Assembly (NCBI GenBank): GCA_963837665.1
Contig: CAWIOA010000009.1
Coordinates: forward strand, 285,661-349,660
Length of the DNA stretch: 64,000 nucleotides
From: an uncultured Acidobacteriaceae bacterium
GTDB taxonomy: Bacteria; Acidobacteriota; Terriglobia; Terriglobales; Acidobacteriaceae
Direction of reading: 5' to 3'
Made by a program: the position numbers and the translations under genes. Each line of letters opens with the position of its first letter. Position 1 is the first letter of the stretch. The notes below the pieces were generated by a model that did not search any database, was not told the origin of the DNA, and saw only the letters and a program-made list of their open reading frames with translations. Below, one piece after another: positions 34,102 through 44,743 of the stretch.

Positions 34102-35980
34102 GTGTGCCGAACATGTTCGACAGCTAGGGGGTGAAAGTCCCCTGCCCAACCTGGTGGAGGTGAAGGGCTAGAGAAGCGCAAGGGCGTCGTCGCGAGGCGG
34201 GGTCTGAAAGAAGCGTGGATCAAAGGCGCGAGCCGATGGACAAGAACCGGATAACGAGGCCTACGGTGTGGGGCGAGTTGGCAAAGGACAGCGAAGCCCG
34301 TGTCCACCAAGCACACTGGTGGTAAATCCGGCGGTTGCGCGTCGAAGGCGGTCGAACTTACTTCGGGAGACCCGCCGCATGTCACGGAATCGTGACTGAG
34401 GATGGAGCGATTCATCCTGACCGTGGGGCGGGAGTCAGCAGCGGGCATAGTAGGCCGCGAGGTCGAAGGCCCAAACAGCCAGGAGCGGCGAGTAGGACGC
34501 AGGACTCGATGAACGACAAGCGGCAGAAAAACCAGCTACAGATGGCGCTGGCCTTTACCGGGGAGGGGAGGAGTGAAGCTCCAAGGGCTCCGCGGGAAGG
34601 GACCGAATCGTTCACGGCGAAGTGCGAAACCGAAAGTCCGGCTGGAGAAGAGCAACTGATGGAAGAGGTCTGCGGGCGGGAAAACTGTCAGCGGGCTTTA
34701 CGACGAGTGAAGGCCAACAAGGGCAGTCCGGGAATCGACGACATGAAAGTGTCGGAGTTGCCGGGCTACCTGAAGCAGCACTGGCCAGCGATTCGGGAAC
34801 AACTGTTGAGCGGGACTTATCAACCGCAACCGGTGCGGCGAGTGGAAATAGCCAAACCGGACGGAGGGATGCGCAAGCTGGGCATTCCGACGGTGTTGGA
34901 TCGGTTTATTCAGCAGGCGGTGATGCAGGTTCTGCAAGTCAGATGGGACCCGACGTTTTCCGAACATAGTCACGGGTTTCGTCCGCAACGTTCGGCGCAT
35001 CAGGCGGTGGCCAAGGCGCAGCAGTATATCGCCGAGGGCAACCGCTGGGTGGTGGATCTCGATCTGGAAAAGTTCTTTGATCGAGTGAATCACGACAAAC
35101 TGATGGCGGCGATCGCGCGGCGGGTGAGCGACAAGAGGATGCTCAAGCTGATCCGAGCTTTTCTGGAGTCGGGCGTGATGGAGAACGGGTTGGTGAGTTC
35201 GGTGGAGGAAGGAACTCCGCAAGGAGGACCTCTGTCACCGCTGCTGTCGAATCTCGTGCTCGACGAACTCGACCGGGAGTTGGAGCGACGTAAGCACCGT
35301 TTCGTGCGCTACGCGGATGATTGCAATATCTACGTGGCCAGCGAGCGGGCGGGGAAGCGAGTCATGCAAAGCGTGACCGGTTTCCTGCGGCGGCGACTCA
35401 AGCTCAAGGTGAATGAGGCGAAGAGCGCGGTGGCGCGACCGCAGGAGCGCAAGTTCCTGGGCTTCAGCTTTACCGGCAGGAGAGAACCGAAACGGCGCAT
35501 CGCGCCTAAGGCTCTCGACCGCTGTAAGCGAAAAGTACGGGAACTCACGCGACGAACACGGGGCATCAGTCTGGAACAGATGATGAAGCAACTCGCCACC
35601 TATTTACGTGGCTGGAAGAGTTACTTCGGCTTCAGCCAGACGCCCTCGGTGCTGCGTAGGCTGGAGGAATGGATGCGACGCAGGTTGCGATCCGTGATCT
35701 GGAAGCAATGGAAGCGCAGCAAGGTGCGGTATGTGAAGCTGCGCCAGCGGAACATCGGACATGCCCTCGCGGCACAAACCGCCGGCAGTCCCTATGGACC
35801 ATGGCGTCTGGCCAACAGCCCGGCCCTGTCGTCTGCGTTTCCGATTGCTTACTTCGACGTGCTCGGTCTTCCTCGCTTGTTGGACGTGCTCTAGCTTAAC
35901 CGAACTGAACCGCCGTATGCGGACCCGCATGTACGGTGGTGTGGCAGGGGAGGAGAGGTGACTCTCCCCCCTATGCCGAT
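34102..35980 (+). mobile_element. Group II intron, copy 2 (1879 nt)
   Basis: Every ORF-track translation inside it is identical to copy 1, with a constant offset of 8627 nt. Same GTGTG...GAT ends. Domain V is at 35910-35939. Confidence 0.9.
34509..35894 (+). CDS. Group II intron reverse transcriptase/maturase (identical to 25882-27267)
   Basis: Identical 519-aa ORF-track translation. Functional start inferred at the MNDKRQKN methionine. Confidence 0.95.
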   Translation: MNDKRQKNQLQMALAFTGEGRSEAPRAPREGTESFTAKCETESPAGEEQLMEEVCGRENCQRALRRVKANKGSPGIDDMKVSELPGYLKQHWPAIREQLLSGTYQPQPVRRVEIAKPDGGMRKLGIPTVLDRFIQQAVMQVLQVRWDPTFSEHSHGFRPQRSAHQAVAKAQQYIAEGNRWVVDLDLEKFFDRVNHDKLMAAIARRVSDKRMLKLIRAFLESGVMENGLVSSVEEGTPQGGPLSPLLSNLVLDELDRELERRKHRFVRYADDCNIYVASERAGKRVMQSVTGFLRRRLKLKVNEAKSAVARPQERKFLGFSFTGRREPKRRIAPKALDRCKRKVRELTRRTRGISLEQMMKQLATYLRGWKSYFGFSQTPSVLRRLEEWMRRRLRSVIWKQWKRSKVRYVKLRQRNIGHALAAQTAGSPYGPWRLANSPALSSAFPIAYFDVLGLPRLLDVL

Positions 35981-36074
35981 TGTCCGGGCGCTTGGGGTGC
36001 GAATAAGACAAAGGAAAACGGCCGGGAGAGACTCCCAGCCGTTTCTTGGGGAACTTCTACTACAGAGCTATTTC

Positions 36075-39000
36075 TTACCAGTTTATTTTTAGCGCGAACT
36101 GGAACTGGCGCGGGTCGTAGGCGGCGGTGGCCTGGCCGGCGTTGCAGGTTGTACCGCAGAGCGGGCTTACGGCGGCTACGTTGTACACGTTGGCGATGTT
36201 GAACATATCAGCGATGAGGTCCATGTTGAAGCGTTCGCTGAAGTAGACGCGCTTGGCGATGCGCAGGTCGTTAAAGACTGTCCATGGGGAGAGGCCTGCG
36301 TTGCGGCCGAGGTTGCCGTCGAGAAGCCTGAGAGCGTTGGGTTGAAGGAGCTGTGCAAACGAGATGTCGGCAAAGCACGGCTCCTGAAAGAAGCCCGTGC
36401 GCGAGTATTTCGAAGGCAGCGTCGGGTAGCCACAAGCATTGGTGGGGGTTCCGGACGGCACAATATTGGGACGACCCGTTTCCGAAGAAAACTGAAAGTT
36501 GTCGCCACTGCCGGTGACGATGTTGAATGGCCGCCCGGAACTTAATTCGACGAGGGGAGCGAAAGTCCAATTGCTGAAGAATTTGCTGGCGAAACCGCTG
36601 CCGCTGAGTTTGCCCGACTGGTAGACACCGCTGAAGACGAAGCGATGACGCTGATCAAAGAGCGACGTGGAACGATCGGCGCTCGGGAAGTAGCTGTCCT
36701 GCGGGGTAAGGGTGGCCTGCAGGTCGGTGGAATCGTCGATCGCGTGCGACCAGGTGTAGGAGGCGAGGAATTCATAGTGATTGCTGAAGCGCTTGCGGAG
36801 ATTGGCGCTCAGCCCGTGATAGACCGAACTGCCGTTGGATTCGTTGGCATCCATGTCGCTGAAAGGGATCAAAACACAGCCGCCGGAAGAGCCAAACGCC
36901 AGGGCAGGATCGCAGGCGCTGCCGTTCGGGCCCAGACCAATTCCATCCTGTTTGGCGAGCGCCTGGGCATCTCCGAGACACGGGCCACCCGCAAGCGAGG
37001 GATTCAGACCCGAGCGGCGGAAGAAACTGAGCATAGAGGCAGGCGCGAAGAGGCCGGCTGGCTCGATTCCTCCAATCGCGGTGGGGCAAATGGCAACCGA
37101 GAGCGGGTCAGAGGGAATTGGAACCGGAATGCCCAAAGACTGAGCGTACTGTGCTGCGGCAACAGCGGCATAGAAGTTCTTCACCAGCAAGTCTCCCCGA
37201 GGAGAATTGGCATTGATCGGCCGGTTCAGGTGATGGCCGCCGTTAAAGTTGTAAGCGAGATTCACCGCGAAACCATTGCCGAGGTCTTTCTCGATACTAA
37301 AGTTGATTTGCTGAGAATAGGCGTAGACGAAGCCCTTGCCCTCCGGATACCCGAACGGCTGGGAGATGAGCGGGAAGGCGCCCAAGGGACTCGACCCGGT
37401 CAGGTAGCTCTGGTTAAGAAAAGGAGAATTGGGCAAGCAAGGGTCGAAGCGCTGCGGGTTGGGTCCCGCGCCGCATGCGGCTCCCGGAGCCGTATCGTTC
37501 TGATAGCCAAGAGCGGCGGCGAATCCGGTGCCAGCTGACCCGGGAAGCAGACAATTCGGGGCTCCCTGAATGCCCTGAAACATATTGGTGGCGTTCAGAT
37601 TGAGCGGAGTGGCGTTTAGGGGATTTCCGTCGCAGGGACTGGAGCCGAAGAAGAGCAATTGGCCGGTCTTGGAGGCGTCGGCGGCATCGCCCAGAAAGTA
37701 CAGACCGAGCAGAGGGTGATCGTAGAAAATGCCGTAGGAGGCGCGGACAACCGTCTTACCGTCGCCTTTCGGATTCCAGGCAATTCCGATGCGAGGCTGA
37801 ATGTTGTTCTTATCCGTCTGGATGCCCTTCTGTATTCCCAGGGCGCCATAGCCGGGCAGACCCAGGCCAGTGGGTGGCGCGAAGGTTGGGGGAAACTCTA
37901 CGTCGTAGCGAGCACCCAGGTTCAGTGTGACGTTTGACCGAACGCGCCAGGAATCCTGCCAATACAGTCCCAGGGGCTTATTGGAGAATGAGTCCTTCGG
38001 GTTGCCGACGCCTTGCACTATGTACGAAGGGATTCCTGCGCCATACGCCTGTACTGAATTAGCTGCGGGGAGACCCGCGGCCAGGCTCTCGGGGCTGAAG
38101 TTGTACACGCCGCCGTAGTTAACAGTAAACGTTGCCTGCAAAGGCAGATAGTTAAAGTCCACGCCGAACTTGGTATTGTGGCGGCCCATGGTCCAGGAGA
38201 AGTTGTCGGTGAACTGGTAGCGGCTTTCGACGCGCTGGATGAAAGAGTATGGCTCGCGCCCGATGTAGGCATAACCAATGATGTTCACAGCCGGATCGGC
38301 TCCGGCGGCGATGGACTTGTTGTAGAAATATGCCAAACCCCGGCGGGCATACTGGAAGCGAAACTCATTGACCTTGTTGTTGCCGAGGGTCCAGGTGTCT
38401 TGAAAGACTCCGGCCGCGTCGCGGTAGGTTTGCTCCGAGGTGCGGGAGTAGGCGTTCTGGCCGAAGGGCTGGTCCTGGCCGTTGACTTCGATGCCGGTCA
38501 CGGTACTGGGACTGACGTTGGCGCGCAATGTCAGGCGGTTGCGGCTATTGATATTGTGGTCGATGCGCAGCGAGTAGAGGCTGGTGCCTTCAAACACCGG
38601 AAAATTTCCACTTTGCGAACCGAGACTCTGAAATGACGCAGGTAAACCCCCGCAGATCAGAGCAGGTGTTATCAAATTGCACGAGGTCGGGAACTGTTGT
38701 GGTCCAGATCCTCCTGGAGCGAACGGGAGCGCCGCAAACGCCTGTTGGTTTCCGGTTAACGCGACCCATGACGAGGCGCCCAGCAACCAGGTGTAGGCCT
38801 CGACTGGCAGAGGCGCGGGACCCGCTTGCGCGAATGGAGCCAGGAATGCAGCCTGCTCAGCCGTAGCCGGCATGGTAAATGTGCCCGGCGGTAAAAGGGG
38901 GTTGAAGATTCCAGTGGCATCAAAACTCTGCAGCCCGTAGTACCCCAGGTTTGTCGCCGGGGCAATGCTGGAGAATCCCGTCTCATGCCGCCGTGTCGTC

Positions 39001-39902
39001 TCGTAGGCGAAGTAGTAGTAGGTCTTGTCCTTCTTGATCGGCCCGCCAAAGGCCACTCCGCCCTGTGCCCGGGTGTAGGCGGGGTTGGAGACCGTGCTGA
39101 AGGGGTTGACGGCCTGGAAATTGCGATTGCGCAGGTATCCGTAGACGTCGCCGTGGAAGTCGTTCGATCCGGAGCGGGTGATGATGTTGACCACGCCTCC
39201 GGCGGCGCGGCCGTATTCGGCGGCGTAGTTGTTGGTGATGATCTGGAATTCCTGCACCGCTTCCTGCGAGACGGTGGAGCGGACGCCGTTGGTGGAATTG
39301 TCGGTGGCGTCGGCGCCGTCGACGTTGACCAGGTTGGAACGGGCGCGCTGGCCGCTCATGTTGAGGCCGGAGGTCGGCGCCGCACCGACGTTGGGGGCGC
39401 TATCGCGCTGCACTTGCGAATCGGTCAGCGTGAACTGGATGTAGTTGCGGCCATTGATGGGCAGATTGTCAATGCGGCGCTCGCCAACAGTGTCGGTGGT
39501 GGAACTGCGTGACGTTTCAATGTTCTCGGCCTCGGAGCTGACCTCGACGATTTCCTTGCCGCCGGCGACGGTGAGCGTGACCGGCAACTCGGCCATCCCA
39601 CCGACGGTGATTTCAACGCCGGTGGCCTCGGTCCTGGCAAAGCCAGGAGCATCGACGGTGACGGAATAAGTGCCGGGAGCCAATTGACGCACACTGTAGC
39701 CACCCTGGCCGTCGCCGCTGCCGGCACGTTCCAGACCCTTGGCGATATCGCGCACGGTGACTGCGGCGTTGGTCACGACGTTGCCTTTTGGATCTTTCAC
39801 GCTCACGCGGAGGTCGCCGGTGGCAGCGCCCTGGGCAAATGCAGATTGGCGGACCAGCAAGAAGATGACCGCGAAAAAGAACAGACGCAAGGACGCTTTC
39901 AT
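36075..39902 (-). CDS. TonB-dependent receptor with carboxypeptidase-regulatory-like N-domain
   Basis: 1275 aa. Signal peptide, LRVSVKDPKGNVVTNAAVTV...GGYSVRQLAPGTYSV, plug motifs (RIDNLPINGRNY, VNVDGADATD), GGPIKKDKTYYYFAYE, and terminal ...FALKINW. Confidence 0.9.
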   Translation of the reverse strand: MKASLRLFFFAVIFLLVRQSAFAQGAATGDLRVSVKDPKGNVVTNAAVTVRDIAKGLERAGSGDGQGGYSVRQLAPGTYSVTVDAPGFARTEATGVEITVGGMAELPVTLTVAGGKEIVEVSSEAENIETSRSSTTDTVGERRIDNLPINGRNYIQFTLTDSQVQRDSAPNVGAAPTSGLNMSGQRARSNLVNVDGADATDNSTNGVRSTVSQEAVQEFQIITNNYAAEYGRAAGGVVNIITRSGSNDFHGDVYGYLRNRNFQAVNPFSTVSNPAYTRAQGGVAFGGPIKKDKTYYYFAYETTRRHETGFSSIAPATNLGYYGLQSFDATGIFNPLLPPGTFTMPATAEQAAFLAPFAQAGPAPLPVEAYTWLLGASSWVALTGNQQAFAALPFAPGGSGPQQFPTSCNLITPALICGGLPASFQSLGSQSGNFPVFEGTSLYSLRIDHNINSRNRLTLRANVSPSTVTGIEVNGQDQPFGQNAYSRTSEQTYRDAAGVFQDTWTLGNNKVNEFRFQYARRGLAYFYNKSIAAGADPAVNIIGYAYIGREPYSFIQRVESRYQFTDNFSWTMGRHNTKFGVDFNYLPLQATFTVNYGGVYNFSPESLAAGLPAANSVQAYGAGIPSYIVQGVGNPKDSFSNKPLGLYWQDSWRVRSNVTLNLGARYDVEFPPTFAPPTGLGLPGYGALGIQKGIQTDKNNIQPRIGIAWNPKGDGKTVVRASYGIFYDHPLLGLYFLGDAADASKTGQLLFFGSSPCDGNPLNATPLNLNATNMFQGIQGAPNCLLPGSAGTGFAAALGYQNDTAPGAACGAGPNPQRFDPCLPNSPFLNQSYLTGSSPLGAFPLISQPFGYPEGKGFVYAYSQQINFSIEKDLGNGFAVNLAYNFNGGHHLNRPINANSPRGDLLVKNFYAAVAAAQYAQSLGIPVPIPSDPLSVAICPTAIGGIEPAGLFAPASMLSFFRRSGLNPSLAGGPCLGDAQALAKQDGIGLGPNGSACDPALAFGSSGGCVLIPFSDMDANESNGSSVYHGLSANLRKRFSNHYEFLASYTWSHAIDDSTDLQATLTPQDSYFPSADRSTSLFDQRHRFVFSGVYQSGKLSGSGFASKFFSNWTFAPLVELSSGRPFNIVTGSGDNFQFSSETGRPNIVPSGTPTNACGYPTLPSKYSRTGFFQEPCFADISFAQLLQPNALRLLDGNLGRNAGLSPWTVFNDLRIAKRVYFSERFNMDLIADMFNIANVYNVAAVSPLCGTTCNAGQATAAYDPRQFQFALKINW

Positions 39903-40190
39903 GGGGCTCCTGGGTTCCTCCGCATCATGGCGGAAGGCGAAATCAAAGTGCGCGGTTTGTCATAAACCACTTGAACTTCGAGCACGTTGTTGGGACTGGC
40001 AACCGTTGATATGTACATCAGAAGAGTGCGTTTAGGCAAGCGATTAGGTGAATTACCGACGGGCTGAAACTGACTGGCAAGGGCTGTCTTTGCTCTGGCC
40101 TTGTCACCGCATTGCGTTTGCGGGCACCTTTCTTTAGATTCAAGGAGCGAGATTACTGGCGTGTCGGAGCTATTTCTAGTGCCTTCTGTT

Positions 40191-41075
40191 ATGCGTTCCG
40201 AAAACTTCAACGGGCACTCCATGACAGGCAAACTGTTGCGGGTGATGGTGTGTCCGCCCGGTAATGCCGGGTGGGACATTTCCGGGAAGGCGGCGGAGTG
40301 GCGGGAGCTTGGATTCAGGCATGCTCCCGATTTTGCGGCGGCGCAGAGGCAGCATGAGGTTTTTTGCGGGCTCCTCAGCGAGAGCGGAGCCGAGGTCGTG
40401 AGCCTGCCCGCGGCGGCATCGCTTACACTCGACGCCGTCTATGCGCACGACGCGTCACTGGCCACAGACCATGGTCTGGTACTGATGAATCCGGCAAAGA
40501 AGAATCGCGTGGCGGAGGCGCAGGCGCACGGCAGCTTTTGCGGGCAACTGCGTATTCCGGTGCTTGGCGCGATCGGACTGCCCGGGACCTCGGAAGCCGG
40601 CGACATTGTGTGGCTCGATTCGCAGACGCTCCTGATCGGTGACGGCTATCGGACGAACAAGGCGGGAATCGAGCAAATGCGGTCGCTGCTCCGTTCCAAG
40701 AATGTTGAAGTGCTCTCCGCACCGTTGCCTTACGGACCGGGACCTGCGGCTTGTCTGCACCTGATGTCGCTGATGAGCATGCTGGATGAGCAGACCATTC
40801 TGGTCGATTTGCCGTGGCTTGCGGTCGAGACGGTTGAACTGCTGAAGGGGCGAGGCTTCCGGCTGGTAGAGATCGATTACGGCGAGCGCGACACACTCGC
40901 TTGCAACGTGCTCTCGCTTGGGCAGAAGCGGCTGATTGCGATTGAAGAGAACATCAAGACAAATCAGCGGCTGCGCGATGCCGGGTTTGATGTCCGCACT
41001 TTCCCCGGGGTGGAGATCTGCATCAACGGGGCGGGCGGGCCGACTTGCCTGACTCGGCCGCTGCTGCGGGAGTAG
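40191..41075 (+). CDS. Guanidino-group-modifying enzyme superfamily protein (arginine deiminase / DDAH / amidinotransferase-like)
   Basis: Pentein-type motifs: VYAHDAS, SEAGDIVWL, LIGDGYRTN, CLHLMS, and C-terminal catalytic-Cys motif GAGGPTCLTRPL. The start (40191 or 40221) is uncertain. Confidence 0.65.
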   Translation: MRSENFNGHSMTGKLLRVMVCPPGNAGWDISGKAAEWRELGFRHAPDFAAAQRQHEVFCGLLSESGAEVVSLPAAASLTLDAVYAHDASLATDHGLVLMNPAKKNRVAEAQAHGSFCGQLRIPVLGAIGLPGTSEAGDIVWLDSQTLLIGDGYRTNKAGIEQMRSLLRSKNVEVLSAPLPYGPGPAACLHLMSLMSMLDEQTILVDLPWLAVETVELLKGRGFRLVEIDYGERDTLACNVLSLGQKRLIAIEENIKTNQRLRDAGFDVRTFPGVEICINGAGGPTCLTRPLLRE

Positions 41076-41169
41076 CGGAGTAGTCGGTAGTCGTTTGTAG
41101 TTCAGGGGCTTGGATTGATAAGTTTTGTTACCCGGCCCCATTCCACCCGCCTTGGTAGAATCAAAAAGA

Positions 41170-44100
41170 ATGCTCTTACCGTTCGTCCGCGAAATTTTTG
41201 CGGAGGTGGAACAATTACCTGCCTTCACGCGTGCCGCCTCCCATCTACGGGAGAGCGCGGGGCGGATGGGTGTCACTGGACTGTCTCCGGCGGCCAAGGC
41301 GCTGATCGTCGTTTTGTTGCGGCGCACGGTCGAACGTCCATTCGTACTGGTGGTGGCCGATAACCGGGCTGCGGAAGATTTGCTGCCCGTGCTGCGGGCA
41401 TTCTGCGAACTCACCGGAGCAGCAGATCCGGACTCGGTCATCAGTCTTCCGGCGCGCGATGTGTTGCCTTTCCAGAATTTGTCGCCGCATCCGGAGATTC
41501 AGGAAGAGCGGGCGACGGCGTTGTGGAAGATTGCGACGGGCCGCGCGGCGATCGTTGTCTCTCCAGTAACCGCGACCACAATTCTGCTTCGCTCTCCCGA
41601 GTACTACGCCGACCTGGCGCGCGTTCTGCGCCGCGGCGAGACTTTCGATCTGGAAAAATTGCTGGAGCACTTGAACACGGTTGGCTACAGCTCCACCGAT
41701 GTTGTCGAAATGCCGGGCCAGTACGCGGCTCGCGGTGGCATTCTGGATGTGTACTCTCCAGAAGCGGATCGTCCGGTGCGGGTCGAGTTCTTTGGGGATG
41801 AAGTCGAATCCATGCGCAAGTTCGACCCGGCGAGTCAGCGGTCGTCGAATCCAGTGGATGAAGCGTTGCTTCTGCCGCTGACGGAAACGCCGGTAACGGA
41901 AGAACTGTTGGGTTCGATCAACGCCCGGCTTTCCGGGAAACGCATTACCGGCTCGCCGGAGGTTGTGGAGCAAGCGGTGCGCGACTCCGGTGCGGGAATT
42001 TTTCCAGGCTGGGAGTTCTACGCTCCGGTGGCGGGCGCCGACCGCAGCATTTTCGGGCTGCTTCCGGAAGCTCGGGTGATTCTTGACGAACCCGAAGCGC
42101 TGCTGCAGGAACTCGATAAAGTGTGGGTCCGCATTGAAGAAGCGCACGAACGCAGTGGAGTGGGGAACCTGGTTCGTCCCGCCGATCTCTATCTCACTCC
42201 GGAAGGTTGGCGGGGAAAAACTGCGACGCTTCCCGGAGCCGATTTCGAATATCTGGCGGTGGCCCGCGAAGCCCGCGAAAATAAGCTGGAAGCTGCTTTT
42301 CTTTCGCAACCCGCTGCGCGCTTCCACGGCGCGGTACCGGCGATGATCGAGCAGGTTCAGAAACTTGTCGTCGGCGGTACACAGGTAGTTCTTGCCGTCC
42401 CCAACACGGGAGAAGTCGAGCGGCTTGCCGACATGTTCACTGAGTACCACGCGTCTTATCGACTGGGAAGCCGCACCCGGAGCGGAGAAAGCTATGCGGA
42501 CGAAACTTCCTATTTTGCCGGCGACGTTTTCACTACCACGCTGCTGAAAGCTTACCTGCCCGACGGCTTCGTCTTGCCGGAAGCGCATCTTGCGATTTTC
42601 GGGGCGCGCGATCTGTTCGACGAATCGGATCTGGTGGCGGCGCGTCCGCAACGGCAGAAGTCTAAGGTCTCGGCGTTTCTGTCTGATTTCCGCGACTTGC
42701 AGGTTGGCGATTATGTTGTCCACGTGGAGCACGGCATCGGGCAGTATCAGGGGCTGAAGGAAATCAACCAGGGCGACGGCGCCGCGGAATTCATGCTGCT
42801 CGAGTACGCCGAAGCGGCGCGGCTCTATGTTCCTCTGACTCGCCTCGATCTGGTGCAGAAATATCGTTCGGCAGAGGGCGCGAAGCCTGTCCTGAATCAT
42901 CTCGGCAGCGCCGCGTGGGGCAAGACCAAAGCCCGCGTGCGCAAGGCGATGAAGGATATGACTGACGAGTTGCTCAAACTCTATGCGCAGCGCCAATCTG
43001 CGCAGGGCCACATCTTTCCGGCTGATACCGAGTGGATGAAGGAGTTCGAAGATTCGTTCGAATACAACGAGACCGAGGACCAGGCGCAGGCCATCGCCGA
43101 CGTGAAGCGCGACATGGAATCGCAACTTCCGATGGATCGCCTGCTGTGCGGCGACGTTGGTTACGGCAAGACCGAAGTAGCGATGCGCGCTGCCTTTAAG
43201 GCGCTTAGCGATAACAAGCAAGTCGCCGTGCTCGCGCCGACTACGGTTCTTGCCTTCCAGCACTACGAAACTTTCAAGCAGCGATTCGCGCCGTTTCCGC
43301 TTACGGTCGAAATGATCAGCCGCTTCCGGACTCCCAAGCAGGTGAAAGAAATTTTGCAAAGAGTGGAAGCCGGCAAAGTGGACATCCTGATCGGGACTCA
43401 CCGCCTGCTGTCGAAGGATGTGAAGTTCGCCGACCTCGGACTGCTGGTGGTGGATGAGGAACAGCGTTTCGGCGTCCGCCATAAAGAACGAATCAAGCAG
43501 ATGCGTACGGAAGTGGATGTGCTCACCATGTCAGCGACGCCGATTCCGCGCACTTTGCATATGTCACTGGTGGGACTGCGCGACATGAGCGTGATCGAAA
43601 CTCCGCCCAAAGATCGCATGGCCATTCAGACAGTGGTCGCGAACTGGGACGAAAAGCTTATTCAGTCGGCAATTGAACAGGAACTCGACCGCGGCGGCCA
43701 GGTTTATTTCGTGCACAACAGGATCGAGACGATCTGGGAGATTGCGGCCAAGATTCAAGCCATGGCTCCGAACGCTCGCGTCGCAGTGGGCCACGGGCAG
43801 ATGGGCGAAGGGGAGTTAGAGAAAGTGATGCTGAAATTCATGCATCACGAAGCCGATATCCTGGTCTCGACCACGATTATCGAGAACGGCCTCGACATTC
43901 CACTGTGCAACACGATCGTCATCAATCGCGCCGACCGGCTGGGCTTGTCGGAGCTCTATCAGCTTCGCGGACGTGTGGGCCGCTCGAACCGGCGCGCCTA
44001 CGCCTACCTGCTCTTGCCCGCCGAGATTGAATTGACGCCCATCGCACGGCGGCGACTGGCGGCGCTCAAGGAATTTTCCGACCTGGGCGCCGGCTTCAAG

Positions 44101-44709
44101 ATAGCCGCCCTTGATCTCGAACTGCGAGGGGCGGGAAATCTGCTGGGCGGAGAACAGAGCGGCCACATCGAAGCAGTGGGATTCGAACTTTATACCCAGA
44201 TGCTGGAGCGCGCCGTGCGCGAAATGAAGGGAGAAGCGGGCGTTGAAGTCACGGAGATACAGCTCAATCTTGGTCTCAACATCCGCATTCCGTCCGACTA
44301 TATAAAGGAAGAGAACCAGCGGCTCCGGATGTACAAGCGAGTTGCGGGAGTCGAAACCGAGTCTCAACTGCACGATGTGCGCGCGGAACTGATCGATCGC
44401 TACGGCGAGACGCCCCGGGCTGTCCGCAACCTGCTGGAGTACGCCGCGCTCAAACTGCAGGCAATGCGGGTCGGCGCCAATGCGATTGAGCGGAAGCGCG
44501 AATTCGTGAGTATCAAGTTCAGCCAGACGGCCGCGATTGATGCGGAAAAGCTGGCGCGCTTTGTGGCGTCGCAGCGGGGCACACAATTTACTCCGGAAGG
44601 GACGCTGAAGTTCTCGATCAAGATCAATAGCGCGGAAGGGATATTGCAGACGCTGCGCGATTTACTGGAAGAACTGGAAGCGCGTGAAGAACCAGCGCGC
44701 CAGGTATAA
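41170..44709 (+). CDS. mfd: Transcription-repair coupling factor
   Basis: About 1180 aa. UvrB-homology N-terminus, CarD/RID motif [16 protein letters not shown]2 helicase motifs [37 protein letters not shown], and TRG motif. Confidence 0.97.
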   Translation: MLLPFVREIFAEVEQLPAFTRAASHLRESAGRMGVTGLSPAAKALIVVLLRRTVERPFVLVVADNRAAEDLLPVLRAFCELTGAADPDSVISLPARDVLPFQNLSPHPEIQEERATALWKIATGRAAIVVSPVTATTILLRSPEYYADLARVLRRGETFDLEKLLEHLNTVGYSSTDVVEMPGQYAARGGILDVYSPEADRPVRVEFFGDEVESMRKFDPASQRSSNPVDEALLLPLTETPVTEELLGSINARLSGKRITGSPEVVEQAVRDSGAGIFPGWEFYAPVAGADRSIFGLLPEARVILDEPEALLQELDKVWVRIEEAHERSGVGNLVRPADLYLTPEGWRGKTATLPGADFEYLAVAREARENKLEAAFLSQPAARFHGAVPAMIEQVQKLVVGGTQVVLAVPNTGEVERLADMFTEYHASYRLGSRTRSGESYADETSYFAGDVFTTTLLKAYLPDGFVLPEAHLAIFGARDLFDESDLVAARPQRQKSKVSAFLSDFRDLQVGDYVVHVEHGIGQYQGLKEINQGDGAAEFMLLEYAEAARLYVPLTRLDLVQKYRSAEGAKPVLNHLGSAAWGKTKARVRKAMKDMTDELLKLYAQRQSAQGHIFPADTEWMKEFEDSFEYNETEDQAQAIADVKRDMESQLPMDRLLCGDVGYGKTEVAMRAAFKALSDNKQVAVLAPTTVLAFQHYETFKQRFAPFPLTVEMISRFRTPKQVKEILQRVEAGKVDILIGTHRLLSKDVKFADLGLLVVDEEQRFGVRHKERIKQMRTEVDVLTMSATPIPRTLHMSLVGLRDMSVIETPPKDRMAIQTVVANWDEKLIQSAIEQELDRGGQVYFVHNRIETIWEIAAKIQAMAPNARVAVGHGQMGEGELEKVMLKFMHHEADILVSTTIIENGLDIPLCNTIVINRADRLGLSELYQLRGRVGRSNRRAYAYLLLPAEIELTPIARRRLAALKEFSDLGAGFKIAALDLELRGAGNLLGGEQSGHIEAVGFELYTQMLERAVREMKGEAGVEVTEIQLNLGLNIRIPSDYIKEENQRLRMYKRVAGVETESQLHDVRAELIDRYGETPRAVRNLLEYAALKLQAMRVGANAIERKREFVSIKFSQTAAIDAEKLARFVASQRGTQFTPEGTLKFSIKINSAEGILQTLRDLLEELEAREEPARQV

Positions 44710-44743
44710 ACGCCAGCGGTTACAATGATTCCGCAGGAATCCG

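Noticed and set aside
39903-40190. Palindromic atgtacat and other short dyads between the second TonB receptor and the pentein-family gene as an operator
   Set aside because: It is only an 8-bp palindrome with no second copy and no adjacent regulator gene. That is within chance expectation.
41245-43482. 745-aa minus-strand ORF
   Set aside because: It is antisense to mfd, whose helicase and CarD motifs are unmistakable. Its composition is that of a GC-rich shadow ORF. The same reasoning applies to 43816-44586.
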